Of a stretch of 64,000 nucleotides of DNA, positions 14,301-26,570 are shown piece after piece; positions within the stretch are counted from its first letter, which is position 1, and the number at the start of each line of letters is the position of its first letter. The notes beneath the pieces are model-generated. The model made no database searches, was not told the DNA's origin, and saw only the letters and a list, made by a program, of their open reading frames with translations. The DNA comes from Antedon mediterranea (Eukaryota > Animalia > Echinodermata), in assembly GCF_964355755.1 (NCBI RefSeq), contig NC_092670.1:23732795-23796794 (forward strand). The letters run 5' to 3'. Made by a program: the position numbers and the translations under genes.

Positions 14301-17300
14301 AAGTTTAGAATGCCTTAACCTTTCACTTTACCGTTTTCTTTATCCTGATAACTATACATACCGTCTACATAAATCGATGAAGTGTCAACTGATAACATGC
14401 TTCCTGGTAATGCACCTCCATTATCATCAATTGCAGTAATAATTCTACTTTGAAGTTGATCAGGTGACACGAAACTTTCAAATTGTATATTTGCAATAAT
14501 ACTCCCAGAAGTAAAGCTAGACACTGAACACGAACCCACTTCTTCAGTTGTGAAGACAGTAAACATCTGCAATGAAATCAAACAAACAATATCCCATTAC
14601 AGTATTATTATATAAAAGATGTAACTTGTTGATTCACCAGCTATAACTGACTGAATGATTGAGTCGAAACTCATTCTTTTTTACGTGTTAATGTATAATA
14701 CTCATAACTCAGAAACATAATTGAAATCTAATATTGAAATATTAAATAAAAAAATCACTGCCTAGTAACTTACACCAGCACAGATTTCCTGTTCCAAATC
14801 CATATACTCTTCCGATGTTACATCTAACAGTTCTGGCGTTAAAACAGCATCAGTATTACCATCTAAACTGGTAATAGGAAGTTGAAAATCTACCACTGGC
14901 GCAGTTGTCACTCTTATGCTGGGAGTAGTTGGCCTAACTGATGCAGTTGTTTCGTATGCATGTGCAGTAGATGGTCTAACTGGAGTAGTTGTCTCTTTTA
15001 ATCCTGGAGTAGCTGACCTAACTGGTACAGTTGTCTCTCTTATTCCTCGAGTAGTTGGTCTAACTAGAGCAGTCGTTTCATATGCATGTGCAGTAGATGG
15101 TCTAACTGGAGCAGTTGACTCTTTTATTCCTGGAGTAGATGGCCTAACTGGTGCAGTTGTCACTCTTATTAATCGAGTAGTTGGTCTAACTGGAGCAGTT
15201 GTTTCATATACATGTGGAGTAGTTTGTCTAACTGGAGCAGTTGTCTCTTTTATCCCTGGAGTAGATGGCCTAACTGGTGCAGTTGTCACTCTTATTAATC
15301 GAGTAGTTGGTATAACTGGAGCAGTTGTTTCATATGCATGTGGAGTAGTTTGTCTAACTGGAGCAGTTTTCTCTCTTATTTCTCGAGTAGTTGGCCTAAC
15401 TGGAGCAGTTTTCTCTCTTATTTCTCGAGTAGTTAGTCTAACTGGAGCAGTTGTTTCATATGCATGTGCAGTAGATGGTCTAACTGGAGCAGTTGTATCT
15501 TTTATTCCTGGAGTAGATGGCCTATCTGGTGCAGTTGTCTCTCTTATTACTCGAGTAGTTGGTCTAACTGGGACAGTTGTCTCATATGCATGTAGAGTAG
15601 TTGGTCTAACGGGAGCAGTTGTCTCATATGCATGTGGAGTAGATGGTGTAACTGGAGCTGTTGTCTCTCTTATCTCTGGAGTAGTTTGCATGATAGGTGT
15701 ATTTGTGGGATTAACTAATGATAATAAAAGAATTAAAAAAGAATTGTTACATGCGCATTTCCATAAAGTTCGCGCTAGCATGGGTCTTCCGGTATCAATA
15801 TTTTGTACTTCGAGTACAACGTAAACTAATCTAGTTTTCTGAAACCGTATCTATATAAAGACAAAAAGTAAACGTATACCTTGAGCAGAAATAGATGATG
15901 AGTCAATACTAAATGTACTTCCTGGCCATACACCGTCATTATCATCAACTGTAGTCATAATAGTACTTCCTAACTGTTCAGGTGAAACAGTACTTTCAAG
16001 TTTCATATTTGCAATGATACTACCAGAAGTAAAGCTTGACACGGAACATGAACTAACTTCTTCAGTTGTGAAGATGGTAAATATCTGAAATCAAACAAAA
16101 ATGTGCTTGTTTAAACATTTTTTCTAACCATGTTATTTTTTTTAATTAACAAACCGATTGATTGGTTACTTACCGGCATACATGTTTTCATTTCCAAATC
16201 CATGAACTCTTCAGAAGTTGGGTCTAACAGTTCTTGTATCAAGCTAGCTTCAGTGTTACCATCTAAACTTGTTATTGTCATCTTTAAATCTATAATTTGA
16301 CCTGCAAGATGAAAACAAAGGAAAATTGTATTTAAAAGCCAGGTATGTACAATTAAATAAAACCAAATTATTACAATAATTATATTTGTATAATTAGATT
16401 TTTCAACATACTTGTAGCAATTGATGTTTGCTGTATTACTACTGGTGTAGTTGTCTCATAGACATGTGGAGTAGATGTTCTAACTGGTGCAGTTGTTTCT
16501 TTAAATCCTGGAGTAGATGGCCTAAGTGGTACAGTTGTTTCTCTTATTCCTCGAGTAGTTAGTTTAACTGGAGCAGTTGTTTCATATACATGTGCAGTAG
16601 ATGGTCTAACTGGAGCAGTTGTCTCTCTTATTAATCGAGTAGTTGGTCTAACTGGAGCCGTTGTTTTAAATGCATGTGGAGTAGTTTGCCTAACTGGAGC
16701 AGTTGTCTCTCTTATTGCTCGAGTAGTTGGCTTAACTGGTGCAGTTGTCTCTCTTATTTCTCGAGTAGTTGGTATAACTAGAGCAGTTGTCTCATATGCA
16801 TGTGGAGTAGATGGCCTAACTGGAGAAGTTGTCTCTCTTATTACTCGAGTAGTTGGTCTAACTGGAACGGTTGTCTCATAGGCATGTGGAGTAGTTTGCC
16901 TAACTGGAGCAGTTGTCTCTCTTATTTCTCGAGTAGTTGGCCTAACTGGTGCAGTTGTCTCATATACATGTGGAGTAGTTGGCCTAACTAGTTCAGTTGT
17001 CTCTCTTATTCCTGGAGTAGATGGTCTAGCTGGTGCAGTTGTCTCTCTTATTACTCGAGTAGTTGGTCTAACTGGAGCAGTTGTCTCATATGCATGTGGA
17101 GTAGATGGTCTAACTGGAGCAGTTGTCTCTTGTATTTCTCGAGTAGTTGGTCTAACTGGAGCCGTTGTCTCATATGCATGTGGAGTAGATGGTGTAACTG
17201 GAGCAGTTGTCTCTCTTATCTCTGGAGTATTTGGCATGATAGGTGTATTTGTGGGATTAACTAATGATAATAAAAAAAATTTAAAAGAATTGTTACATGC

Positions 17301-20300
17301 GCATTTCCATAAAGTTCTGGTTAGAATGGGTCTTTCTGTATTAATATTTTGTACTTCGAGTACAACGTAAACTAATCTAGTTTTCTGAAACCGTCTATAT
17401 AAAGACAAAAAGTTAACGTATACCTTGAGCAGAAATAGATGATGAGTCAATACTAAATGTACTTCCTGGCCATACACCGTTATTATCATCAATTGTAGTC
17501 ACAATAGTACTTCCTAACTGTTCAGATGAAACAGTACATTCAAGTTTTATATTTGCAATGATACTACCAGAAGTAAAGCTTGACACGGAACATGAACTAA
17601 CTTCTTCAGTTGTGAAGATGGTAAATATCTGAAATCAAACAAAAATGTGCTTATTTAAACATTTTATCTAAGCATGTTATTTTTTATATTAACAAACCGA
17701 TTGATTAGTTACTTACTGGCATACATGTTTTCATTTCCAAATCCATGAACTCTTCAGAAGTTGGGTCTAACAGTTCTTGTGTCAAGCTAGCTTCAGTGTT
17801 ACCATCTAAACTTGTTATTGTCATCTTTAAATCTATAATTTGACCTGCAAGATGAAAACAAATGAAAATTGTATTTAAAAGCCATGTATGTACAATTAAA
17901 TAAAACCAAATTATTACAATAATTATATTTGTATCATTATATTTTTCAACATACTTGTAGCAATTGATGTTTGCTGTATTACTACTGGTGTAGTTGTCTC
18001 ATAGACATGTTTAGTAGATGTTATAACTAGTGCAGTTGTTTCTCTAAATCCTGGAGTAGATGGCCTAAGTGGTACAGTTGTTTCTCTTATTCCTCCAGTA
18101 GTTGGTTTAACTGGAGCAGTTGTTTCATATGCATGTGCAGTAGATGGTCTAACTGCAGCAGTTGTTTCTCTTATTATTCGAGTAGTTGGTCCAACTGGAG
18201 CCGTTGTATCATATGCATGTGGAGTAGTTTGCCTAACTGGAGCAGTTGTCTCTCTTATTTCTCGAGTAGTTGGCCTAACTGGTGCAGTTGTCTCTCTAAT
18301 TTCTCGAGTAGTTGGTCGAACTGTTGCAGTTGTCTCATATGCATGTGGAGTAGTTGACCTAAGTGGTGCAGTTGTCTTTTTTATTCTTGGAGTAGATGGT
18401 CTAGCTGGTGCAGTTGTCTCTCTTATTACTCGAGTAGTTGGTCTAACTGGTGCAGTTGTCTCATATGCATGTGGAGTAGTTGGCCTAACTAGTTCAGTTG
18501 TCTCTCTTATTCCTGGAGTAGATGGTCTAGCTGGTGCAGTTGTCTCTCTTATTACTCGAGTAGTTGGTCTAACTGGAGCAGTTGTCTCATATGCATGTGG
18601 AGTAGATGGTCTAACTGGAGTAGTTGTCTCTCTTATTTCTCGAGTAGTTGGCCTAACTGGTGCAGTTGTCTCTCTTATTACTCGAGTAGTTGGTCTAACT
18701 GGAGCCGTTGTTTCATATGCATGTGGAGTAGTTTGCGTAACTGGAGCAGTTGTCTCTGGTATTTCTCGAGTAGTTGGTCTAACAGGAGCCGTTGTCTCAT
18801 ATGCATGTGGAGTAGATGGTGTAACTGGAGCAGTTGTCTCTCTTATCTCTGGAGTATTTGGCATGATAGGTGTATTTGTGGGATTAACTAATGATAATAA
18901 AAAAAATTTAAAAGAATTGTTACATGCGCATTTCCATAAAGTTCTGGTTAGAATGGGTCTTTCTGTACTAATATTTTGTACTTCGAGTACAACGTAAACT
19001 AATCTAGTTGTTCTGAAACCTTATCTATATAAAGACAAAAAGTAAACGTATACCTTGAGCAGAAATAGATGATGAGTCAATACTCAATGTACTTCCTGGC
19101 CATACACCGTTATTATCATCAATTGTAGTCACAATAGTACTTCCTAACTGTTCGGATGAAACAGTACTTTCAAGTTTTATATTTGCAATGATACTACCAG
19201 AAGTAAATCTTGACACGGAACATGAACTAACTTCTTCAGTTGTGAAGATGGTAAATATCTGAAATCAAACCAAAATGTGCTTATTTAAACATTTTATCTA
19301 ACCATGTTATTTTTTTTTTTTATTAACAAACCGATTGATTAGTTACTTACTGGCATACATGTTTTCATTTCCAAATCCATGAACTCTTCAGAAGTTGGGT
19401 CTAACAGTTCTTGTGTCAAGCTAGCTTCAGTGTTACCATCTAAACTTGTTATTGTCATCTTTAAATCTATAATTTGACCTGCAAGATGAAAACAAATGAA
19501 AATTGTATTTAAAAGCCATGTATGTACAATTAAATAAAACCAAATTATTACAATAATTATATTTGTATCATTATATTTTTCAACATACTTGTAGCAATTG
19601 ATGTTTGCTGTATTACTACTGGTGTAGTTGTCTCATAGACATGTTTAGTAGATGTTATAACTAGTGCAGTTGTTTCTCTAAATCCTGGAGTAGATGGCCT
19701 AAGTGGTACAGTTGTTTCTCTTATTCCTCCAGTAGTTGGTTTAACTGGAGCAGTTGTTTCATATGCATGTGCAGTAGATGGTCTAACTGCAGCAGTTGTT
19801 TCTCTTATTATTCGAGTAGTTGGTCCAACTGGAGCCGTTGTATCATATGCATGTGGAGTAGTTTGCCTAACTGGAGCAGTTGTCTCTCTTATTTCTCGAG
19901 TAGTTGGCCTAACTGGTGCAGTTGTCTCTCTAATTTCTCGAGTAGTTGGTCGAACTGTTGCAGTTGTCTCATATGCATGTGGAGTAGTTGACCTAAGTGG
20001 TGCAGTTGTCTTTTTTATTCTTGGAGTAGATGGTCTAGCTGGTGCAGTTGTCTCTCTTATTACTCGAGTAGTTGGTCTAACTGGTGCAGTTGTCTCATAT
20101 GCATGTGGAGTAGTTGGCCTAACTAGTTCAGTTGTCTCTCTTATTCCTGGAGTAGATGGTCTAGCTGGTGCAGTTGTCTCTCTTATTACTCGAGTAGTTG
20201 GTCTAACTGGAGCAGTTGTCTCATATGCATGTGGAGTAGATGGTCTAACTGGAGTAGTTGTCTCTCTTATTTCTCGAGTAGTTGGCCTAACTGGTGCAGT

Positions 20301-23300
20301 TGTCTCTCTTATTACTCGAGTAGTTGGTCTAACTGGAGCCGTTGTTTCATATGCATGTGGAGTAGATGGTCTAGCTGGTGCAGTTGTCTCTGGTATTTCT
20401 CGAGTAGTTGGTCTAACAGGAGCAGTTGTCTCATATGCATGTGGAGTAGATGGTGTAACTGGAGCAGTTGTCTCTCTTATCTCTGGAGTAGTTGGCATGA
20501 TAGGTGTATTTGTGGGATTAACTAATGATAATAAAAAAATGAAAAAGAATTTTTACATGCGCATTTCCATAAAATTCTCGCTAGCATGGGTCTTTCTGTA
20601 TTAATATTTTGTACTTCGAGTACAACGTAAACTAATCTAGTTTTTTGAAACCGTATCTATATAAAGACAAAAAGTAAACGTATACCTTGAGCAGAAATAG
20701 ATGATGAGTCAATACTAAATGTACTTCCTGGCCATACACCGTTATTATCATCAATTGTAGTCACAATAGTACTTCCTAACTGTTCGGATGAAACAGTACT
20801 TTCAAGTTTTATATTTGCAATGATACTACCAGAAGTAAATCTTGACACGGAACATGAACTAACTTCTTCAGTTGTGAAGATGGTAAATATCTGAAATCAA
20901 ACCAAAATGTGCTTATTTAAACATTTTTTCTAACCATGTTATTTTTTTTATATTAACAAACCGATTGATTAGTTACTTACTGGCATACATGTTTTCATTT
21001 CCAAATCCATAAACTCTTCAGAAGTTGGGTCTAACAGTTCTTGTGTCAAGCTAGCTTCAGTGTTACCATCTAAACTTGTTATTGTCATCTTTAAATCTAT
21101 AATTTGACCTGAAAGATGAAAACAAAAGAACATTTTATTTAAAAGCCAGGTATGTACAATTAAAAAAAACCAAATTATTACAATAATTATATTTGTATCA
21201 TTAGATTTTTCTACATACTTGTAGCAATTGATGTTTGCTGTATTACTACTGGTGTAGTTGTCTCATAGACATGTGGAGTAGATGTTCTAACTGGTGCAGT
21301 TGTTTCTTTAAATCCTGGAGTAGATGGCCTAAGTGGTACAGTTGTTTCTCTTATTCCTCGAGTAGTTGGTTTAACTGGAGCAGTTGTTTCATATGCATGT
21401 GCAGTAGATGGTCTAACTAGAGCAGTTGTCTCTCTTATTACTCGAGTAGTTGGTCTAACTGGAGCCGTTGTTTCAAATGCATGTGGAGTAGTTTGCCTAA
21501 CTGGAGCAGTTGTCTCTCTCATTGCTCGAGTAGTTGACCTAACTGGTGCAGTTGTCTCTCTTATTTCTCGAGTAGTTGGTATAACTAGAGCAGTTGTCTC
21601 ATATGCATATGGAGTAGATAGCCTAACTGGAGAAGTTGTCTCTCTTATAACTCGAGTAGTTGGTCTAACTGGAACGGTTGTCTCATATGCATGTGGTGTA
21701 GTTGGCCTAACTGGTGCAGTTGTCTCTTTTATTTCTCGAGTAGTTGTTCTAACTGGTGCAGTTGTCTCATATAACTGTGGAGTAGTTGGCCTAACTGGTG
21801 CAGTTGTCTTTCTTATTCCGGGAGTAGATGGTCTAGCTGGTGCAGTTGTCTCTCTTATTAATCGAGTAGTTGGCTTAACTGGAGCAGTTGTCTCTCGTAT
21901 TTCTCGAGTAGTTGGTCTAACTGGAGCAGTTGTCTCATATGCATGTGGAGTAGATGGTGTAACTGGAGCAGTTGTCTCTCTTATCTCTGGAGTAGTTGGC
22001 ATGATAGGTGTATTTGTGGGATTAACTAATGATAATAAAAAAATGAAAAAGAATTTTTACATGCGCATTTCCATAAAATTCTCGCTAGCATGGGTCTTTC
22101 TGTATTAATATTTTGTACTTCGAGTACAACGTAAACTAATCTAGTTTTTTGAAACCGTATCTATATAAAGACAAAAAGTAAACGTATACCTTGAGCAGAA
22201 ATAGATGATGAGTCAATACTAAATGTACTTCCTGGCCATACACCGTTATTATCATCAATTGTAGTCACAATAGTACTTCCTAACTGTTCAGATGAAACAG
22301 TACTTTCAAGTTTTATATTTGCAATGATACTACCAGAAGTAAATCTTGACACGGAACATGAACTAACTTCTTCAGTTGTGAAGATGGTAAATATCTGAAA
22401 TCAAACCAAAATGTGCTTATTTAAACATTTTTTCTAACCATGTTATTTTTTTTATATTAACAAACCGATTGATTAGTTACTTACTGGCATACATGTTTTC
22501 ATTTCCAAATCCATGAACTCTTCAGAAGTTGGGTCTAACAGTTCTTGTGTCAAGCTAGCTTCAGTGTTACCATCTAAACTTGTTATTGTCATCTTTAAAT
22601 CTATAATTTGACCTGCAAGATGAAAACAAAGGAAAATTGTATTTAAAAGCCATGTTTGTACAATTAAATAAAACCAAATTATTACAATAATTATATTTGT
22701 ATCATTATATTTTTCAACATACTTGTAGCAATTGATGTTTGCTGTATTACTACTGGTGTAGTTGTCTCATAGACATGTGGAGTAGATGTTCTAACTGGTG
22801 CAGTTGTTTCTTTAAATCCTAGAGTAGATGGCCTAAGTGGTACAGTTGTTTCTCTTATTCCTCGAGTAGTTGGTTTAACTGGAGCAGTTGTTTCATATGC
22901 ATGTGCAGTAGATGGTCTAACTGGAGCAGTTGTCTCTCTTATTACTCGAGTAGTTTGCGTAACTGGTACAGTTGTCTCATATGCATGTGCAGTAGAGGGT
23001 CTAACTGGAGCAGTTGTCTCTCTAATTACTCGAGTAGTTGGCCTAACTGATGCAGTTGTTTCATATGCATGTGCAGTAGATGGTTTAACTGGAGCAGTTG
23101 TCTCTCCTATTCTTGGAGTAGATTGCCTAACTGATGTAGTTATCTTTTTTATTCCTGGTGTGGATGGTTTAACTGGTGCAGTTGTCTCTATTATTACTCG
23201 AGTAGTTAGTCTAACTGGAGCCGTTGTTTCATAAGCATGTGGAGTAGTTTGCCTAACTGGTGCAGTTGTCTCTCTTAATCCTAGAGTAGATGGCCTAACT

Positions 23301-26300
23301 GGTGCAGTTGTCTCTCGTCTCCCTGGAGTAGTTTGCTTAACTGGTGTAGTTGCATCATTTACTCCTGTAGTTGTTTTTGGATTGTTGGTTGGTTCTGGAG
23401 AGTTTACTGAAGAAAATAGTAATTAAATTTGTTGATTGAATTTGTAATAAACTAGATGGTACGCTCGCTTCGCTCGCGTACCATCTAGTTCGTACCCACA
23501 GATGGTTCTCGAATACATAGTAATTTCAGCGTAAAAAAACTGGCGATTTCAAATGTACGTATGGCAGGACTATAAAACATTGTCGTTTACAGAAACAAAT
23601 AAATAGACACAATGATTTATGTAGTCAACCAAAATTAGCACCTAGAAACTTGTCACAAAATGAGTCGAAATTTGTTATTTGGACTCATTTAAACAAACCC
23701 AATTTTGTTAAATTATTCTTTATATTTCTTTATTATCCAATCATTAACGAAATATTTTTTTTATAGGCCTATAAATAATATACCACTAAATAGAGTAAAA
23801 CATTTCCGATTTAATACTTTATTAAAACTGTCACTGTCTCATGGTCGATTGAAATAGTAAAGTACATTTAAAGACCATTAATACGTTTATATTTTGTAAT
23901 TATTAATTAATACAAACGTTGAGAAACAATTGACAGTAATAAAGTATTATATAATTATGTGTTTATAATCTAAAAGTAGGGGCTACCCACACTCACAGTG
24001 ATAAAGTTTATTAGTATATTTGTTTATATTATATCTAACAGTACCAACACACTTTTGATTCAAATGGCGATCAAAAGTGGTTAATACCTATTTGCAGTAT
24101 TGAGTATTACAATACTACGGTATTTCTGTTTATTCTCCAAGGGTCTATTCATTTACCTACTTGTGTTAAACCATGGAGGTATGCAATAATTTGGAATGTT
24201 CCATTCATTGAAAATCAATACATTTCTATAAACGTATATTAAATCTATCAAAATAGTATTTTTTAAAGAAAATCGGCCTGTCTTCAACATTATGATGCTG
24301 TACTCTAGCTGTTCAACCGGTTTTCAGCTATTAAAAACAATTATCGTAGGAGGAGATAGGAAAATGCGAAGCCTCCTCGCATTTTTGTGGCGGGTATTTT
24401 TCAAGATGGACATCCATTAGACAGTGTATACCACGATCGGAAAACACCCCTATTTGGGGCAAATCGTTGAACCTAAATTCGTTTTAATCGTCAATAACTA
24501 ATTATCTAACTTAATTTAATTAGTAAACAGGGTTACATCAGGTGGTTAAAATCAGTACCGAAAGTACGAACCAACTTTATATACCATCGAGTAAAAATTC
24601 TAGAAGTAAGGCGCAGTTTACCGAATTTTGCCCTTACGTAAATTTATATATAATATATATAAATAAATGAAAGACGCTAGTAAATTACCAACTGAACATT
24701 TTATTGCACTACAGGCTGTTTCATGAGTATGAACTCAATCTTCAGGTGCTTGGCTCTGAATGATAGTCACAAGTGAATACAAAAAGCTATAATGAAGTCT
24801 TAAGGCAAACTGTTTATGTGAACAATAGTATGCTAATTAGCAAGTACAACACATCTCTATTTCCTGGACAGTCTATTGTTAACCAAATTCTTATTATCTA
24901 AATTACTGATACTTTAGTAGAAACTTTCTCCTATGTCTACATGCACTGACTAATTCGTTCCTATGGTTAAGTGAGCTGGTTTCAGGCTTGCATATAATAT
25001 AATAATTCTCTTGTAAGCATAGATTACACCGTTTGTTAACATTGGAATATGGTTTACACTTCTTTATTATATAATATATATATTCATCACTGATGAAGGG
25101 CTAGTGTTGCCCGAAAGCTGTGCTAACTTTTCTGGCTGTTTTACTTCTCGTTTTGATTTAGCTTTTCGCTTTTATTTTGTATCTCCATTGAGATCCAGCC
25201 ACTGATACCCACAGCATTGTCATTTTTTCAGTAATTTGCCTTTGGATTTATATCGTGGTACGGCGGAACAGCACTAGTCCTCAGTTGTACGCACGCGCAA
25301 CAGAGATCAAATTGATACGCCCTCATCTTTCAGTATTTTTATTCACGGGGCGGGATCTCCGAAGAGATACTTTTATATATATAAACACAAGAGGCAAAGA
25401 ACATTAATTCTAAACCGCCCGGTGATATACTGAAATTTAATTAATTAATTTGAAACGATAAAGATGAGGAAATCTGTGAGAATGAGAAAAAGTCGCCCCA
25501 ACCGAGTCTCGAACTCGGACCGCCTGCTTGATATGCAGATGTCCTAACCTTTAGACCACTGGGGCTTTCATGGTATTGTTCGAACTCGATTGGATAACGA
25601 CTCTTTAACATTCTCGGCGTGGTACGGCGGAACGCGTAATTTTTTTTTCCAGGACGAACGTGGGCAGAACTCATGAATAATTCATGATTAATTATGACAT
25701 AATAGGGAACATTATAGAGGGCGCTGTATAAGAATGCAGAGAGATTAAATAATTAGTGTAAACAACGTTTGCCAACCGAAATGTTTGGTCTAGTGGTAAA
25801 GGCTTTAACCTATTACGCTGAAGCCCTCGGTTCGAGGTCTTTCATGAACATGTTTTTTTCAATAGTTGAGAGAGATTATTTAGAGGGTTAGGTTTAGTAT
25901 ATTTAGGAAGCAGATCAGCTATCCTTCAATTCTTTATAATAGAAAATAATTAAGGTAATGAATTATTCATGACTTCTGCCCACGTTCGTCCTGGAAAAAA
26001 AACCACGCCGGCGGAACAGCACTAGTCCTCAGTTGTACGCACGCGCAACAGAGATCAAATTGATACGCCCTCATCTTTCAGTATTTTTATTCACGGGGCG
26101 GGATCTCCGAAGAGATACTTTTATATATATAAACACAAGAGGCAAAGAACATTAATTCTAAACCGCCCGGTGATATACTGAAATTTAATTAATTAATTTG
26201 AAACGATAAAGATGAGGAAATCTGTGAGAATGAGAAAAAGTCGCCCCAACCGAGACTCGAACTCGAACCGCCTGCTTGATATGCAGATGTCCTAACCATT

Positions 26301-26532
26301 AGACCACTGGGGCTTTCATGGTATTGTTCGAACTCGATTGGATAACGACTCTTTAACATTCTCGGCGTGGTACGGCGGAACAGCACTAGTCCTCAGTTGT
26401 ACGCACGCGCAACAGAGATCAAATTGATACGCCCTCATCTTTCAGTATTTTTATTCACGGGGCGGGATCTCCGAAGAGATACTTTTATATATATAAACAC
26501 AAGAGGCAAAAAACATTAATTCTTTACTCGAT

Positions 26533-26570
<38 letters not shown>

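Larger units (their letters stand above)
25254..26522. repeat. Tandem repeat of a 364-bp unit (~2.4 copies) containing a tRNA-like gene, interrupted by a MITE
   Basis: CGGCGGAACAGCACTAGTCC recurs at 25261, 26009 and 26373. Spacing is 748 (364 + 375 MITE + 9 TSD) and then 364. The copies are near-identical. Confidence 0.9.
24584..26534. mobile_element. Putative TA-flanked terminal-inverted-repeat element enclosing the 364-bp tandem repeats and nested insertions
   Basis: TA|CCATCGAGTAAA at 24584 and TTTACTCGATGG|TA ending at 26534: 12-bp perfect inverted repeat that extends imperfectly. Confidence 0.5.

Noticed and set aside
14916-15824. 302-aa plus-strand ORF ([10 protein letters not shown] repeats)
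   Set aside because: Antisense shadow of the 42-bp mucin repeat; the minus frame has the splice sites and domain context.
16800-21420. Several Trp/Ser/Cys-rich plus-strand ORFs ([14 protein letters not shown]...)
   Set aside because: Alternative-frame antisense translations of the same repeats, with no independent gene signals.
14774-23406. Regular short repeats that superficially resemble a CRISPR array
   Set aside because: These are contiguous coding minisatellite units with no unique spacers and no cas genes, in a spliceosomal-intron context.
25494-26313. Calling the cloverleaves bona fide tRNA-Asp genes
   Set aside because: The ATC anticodon, purine at position 32, poor resemblance to conserved eukaryotic tRNA-Asp and location in a mobile repeat argue against it; kept only as tRNA-like.
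25441-26386. Duplicated ORFs ...[25 protein letters not shown]...
   Set aside because: Chance frames across the 364-bp tRNA-like repeat, with no domain or splice support.
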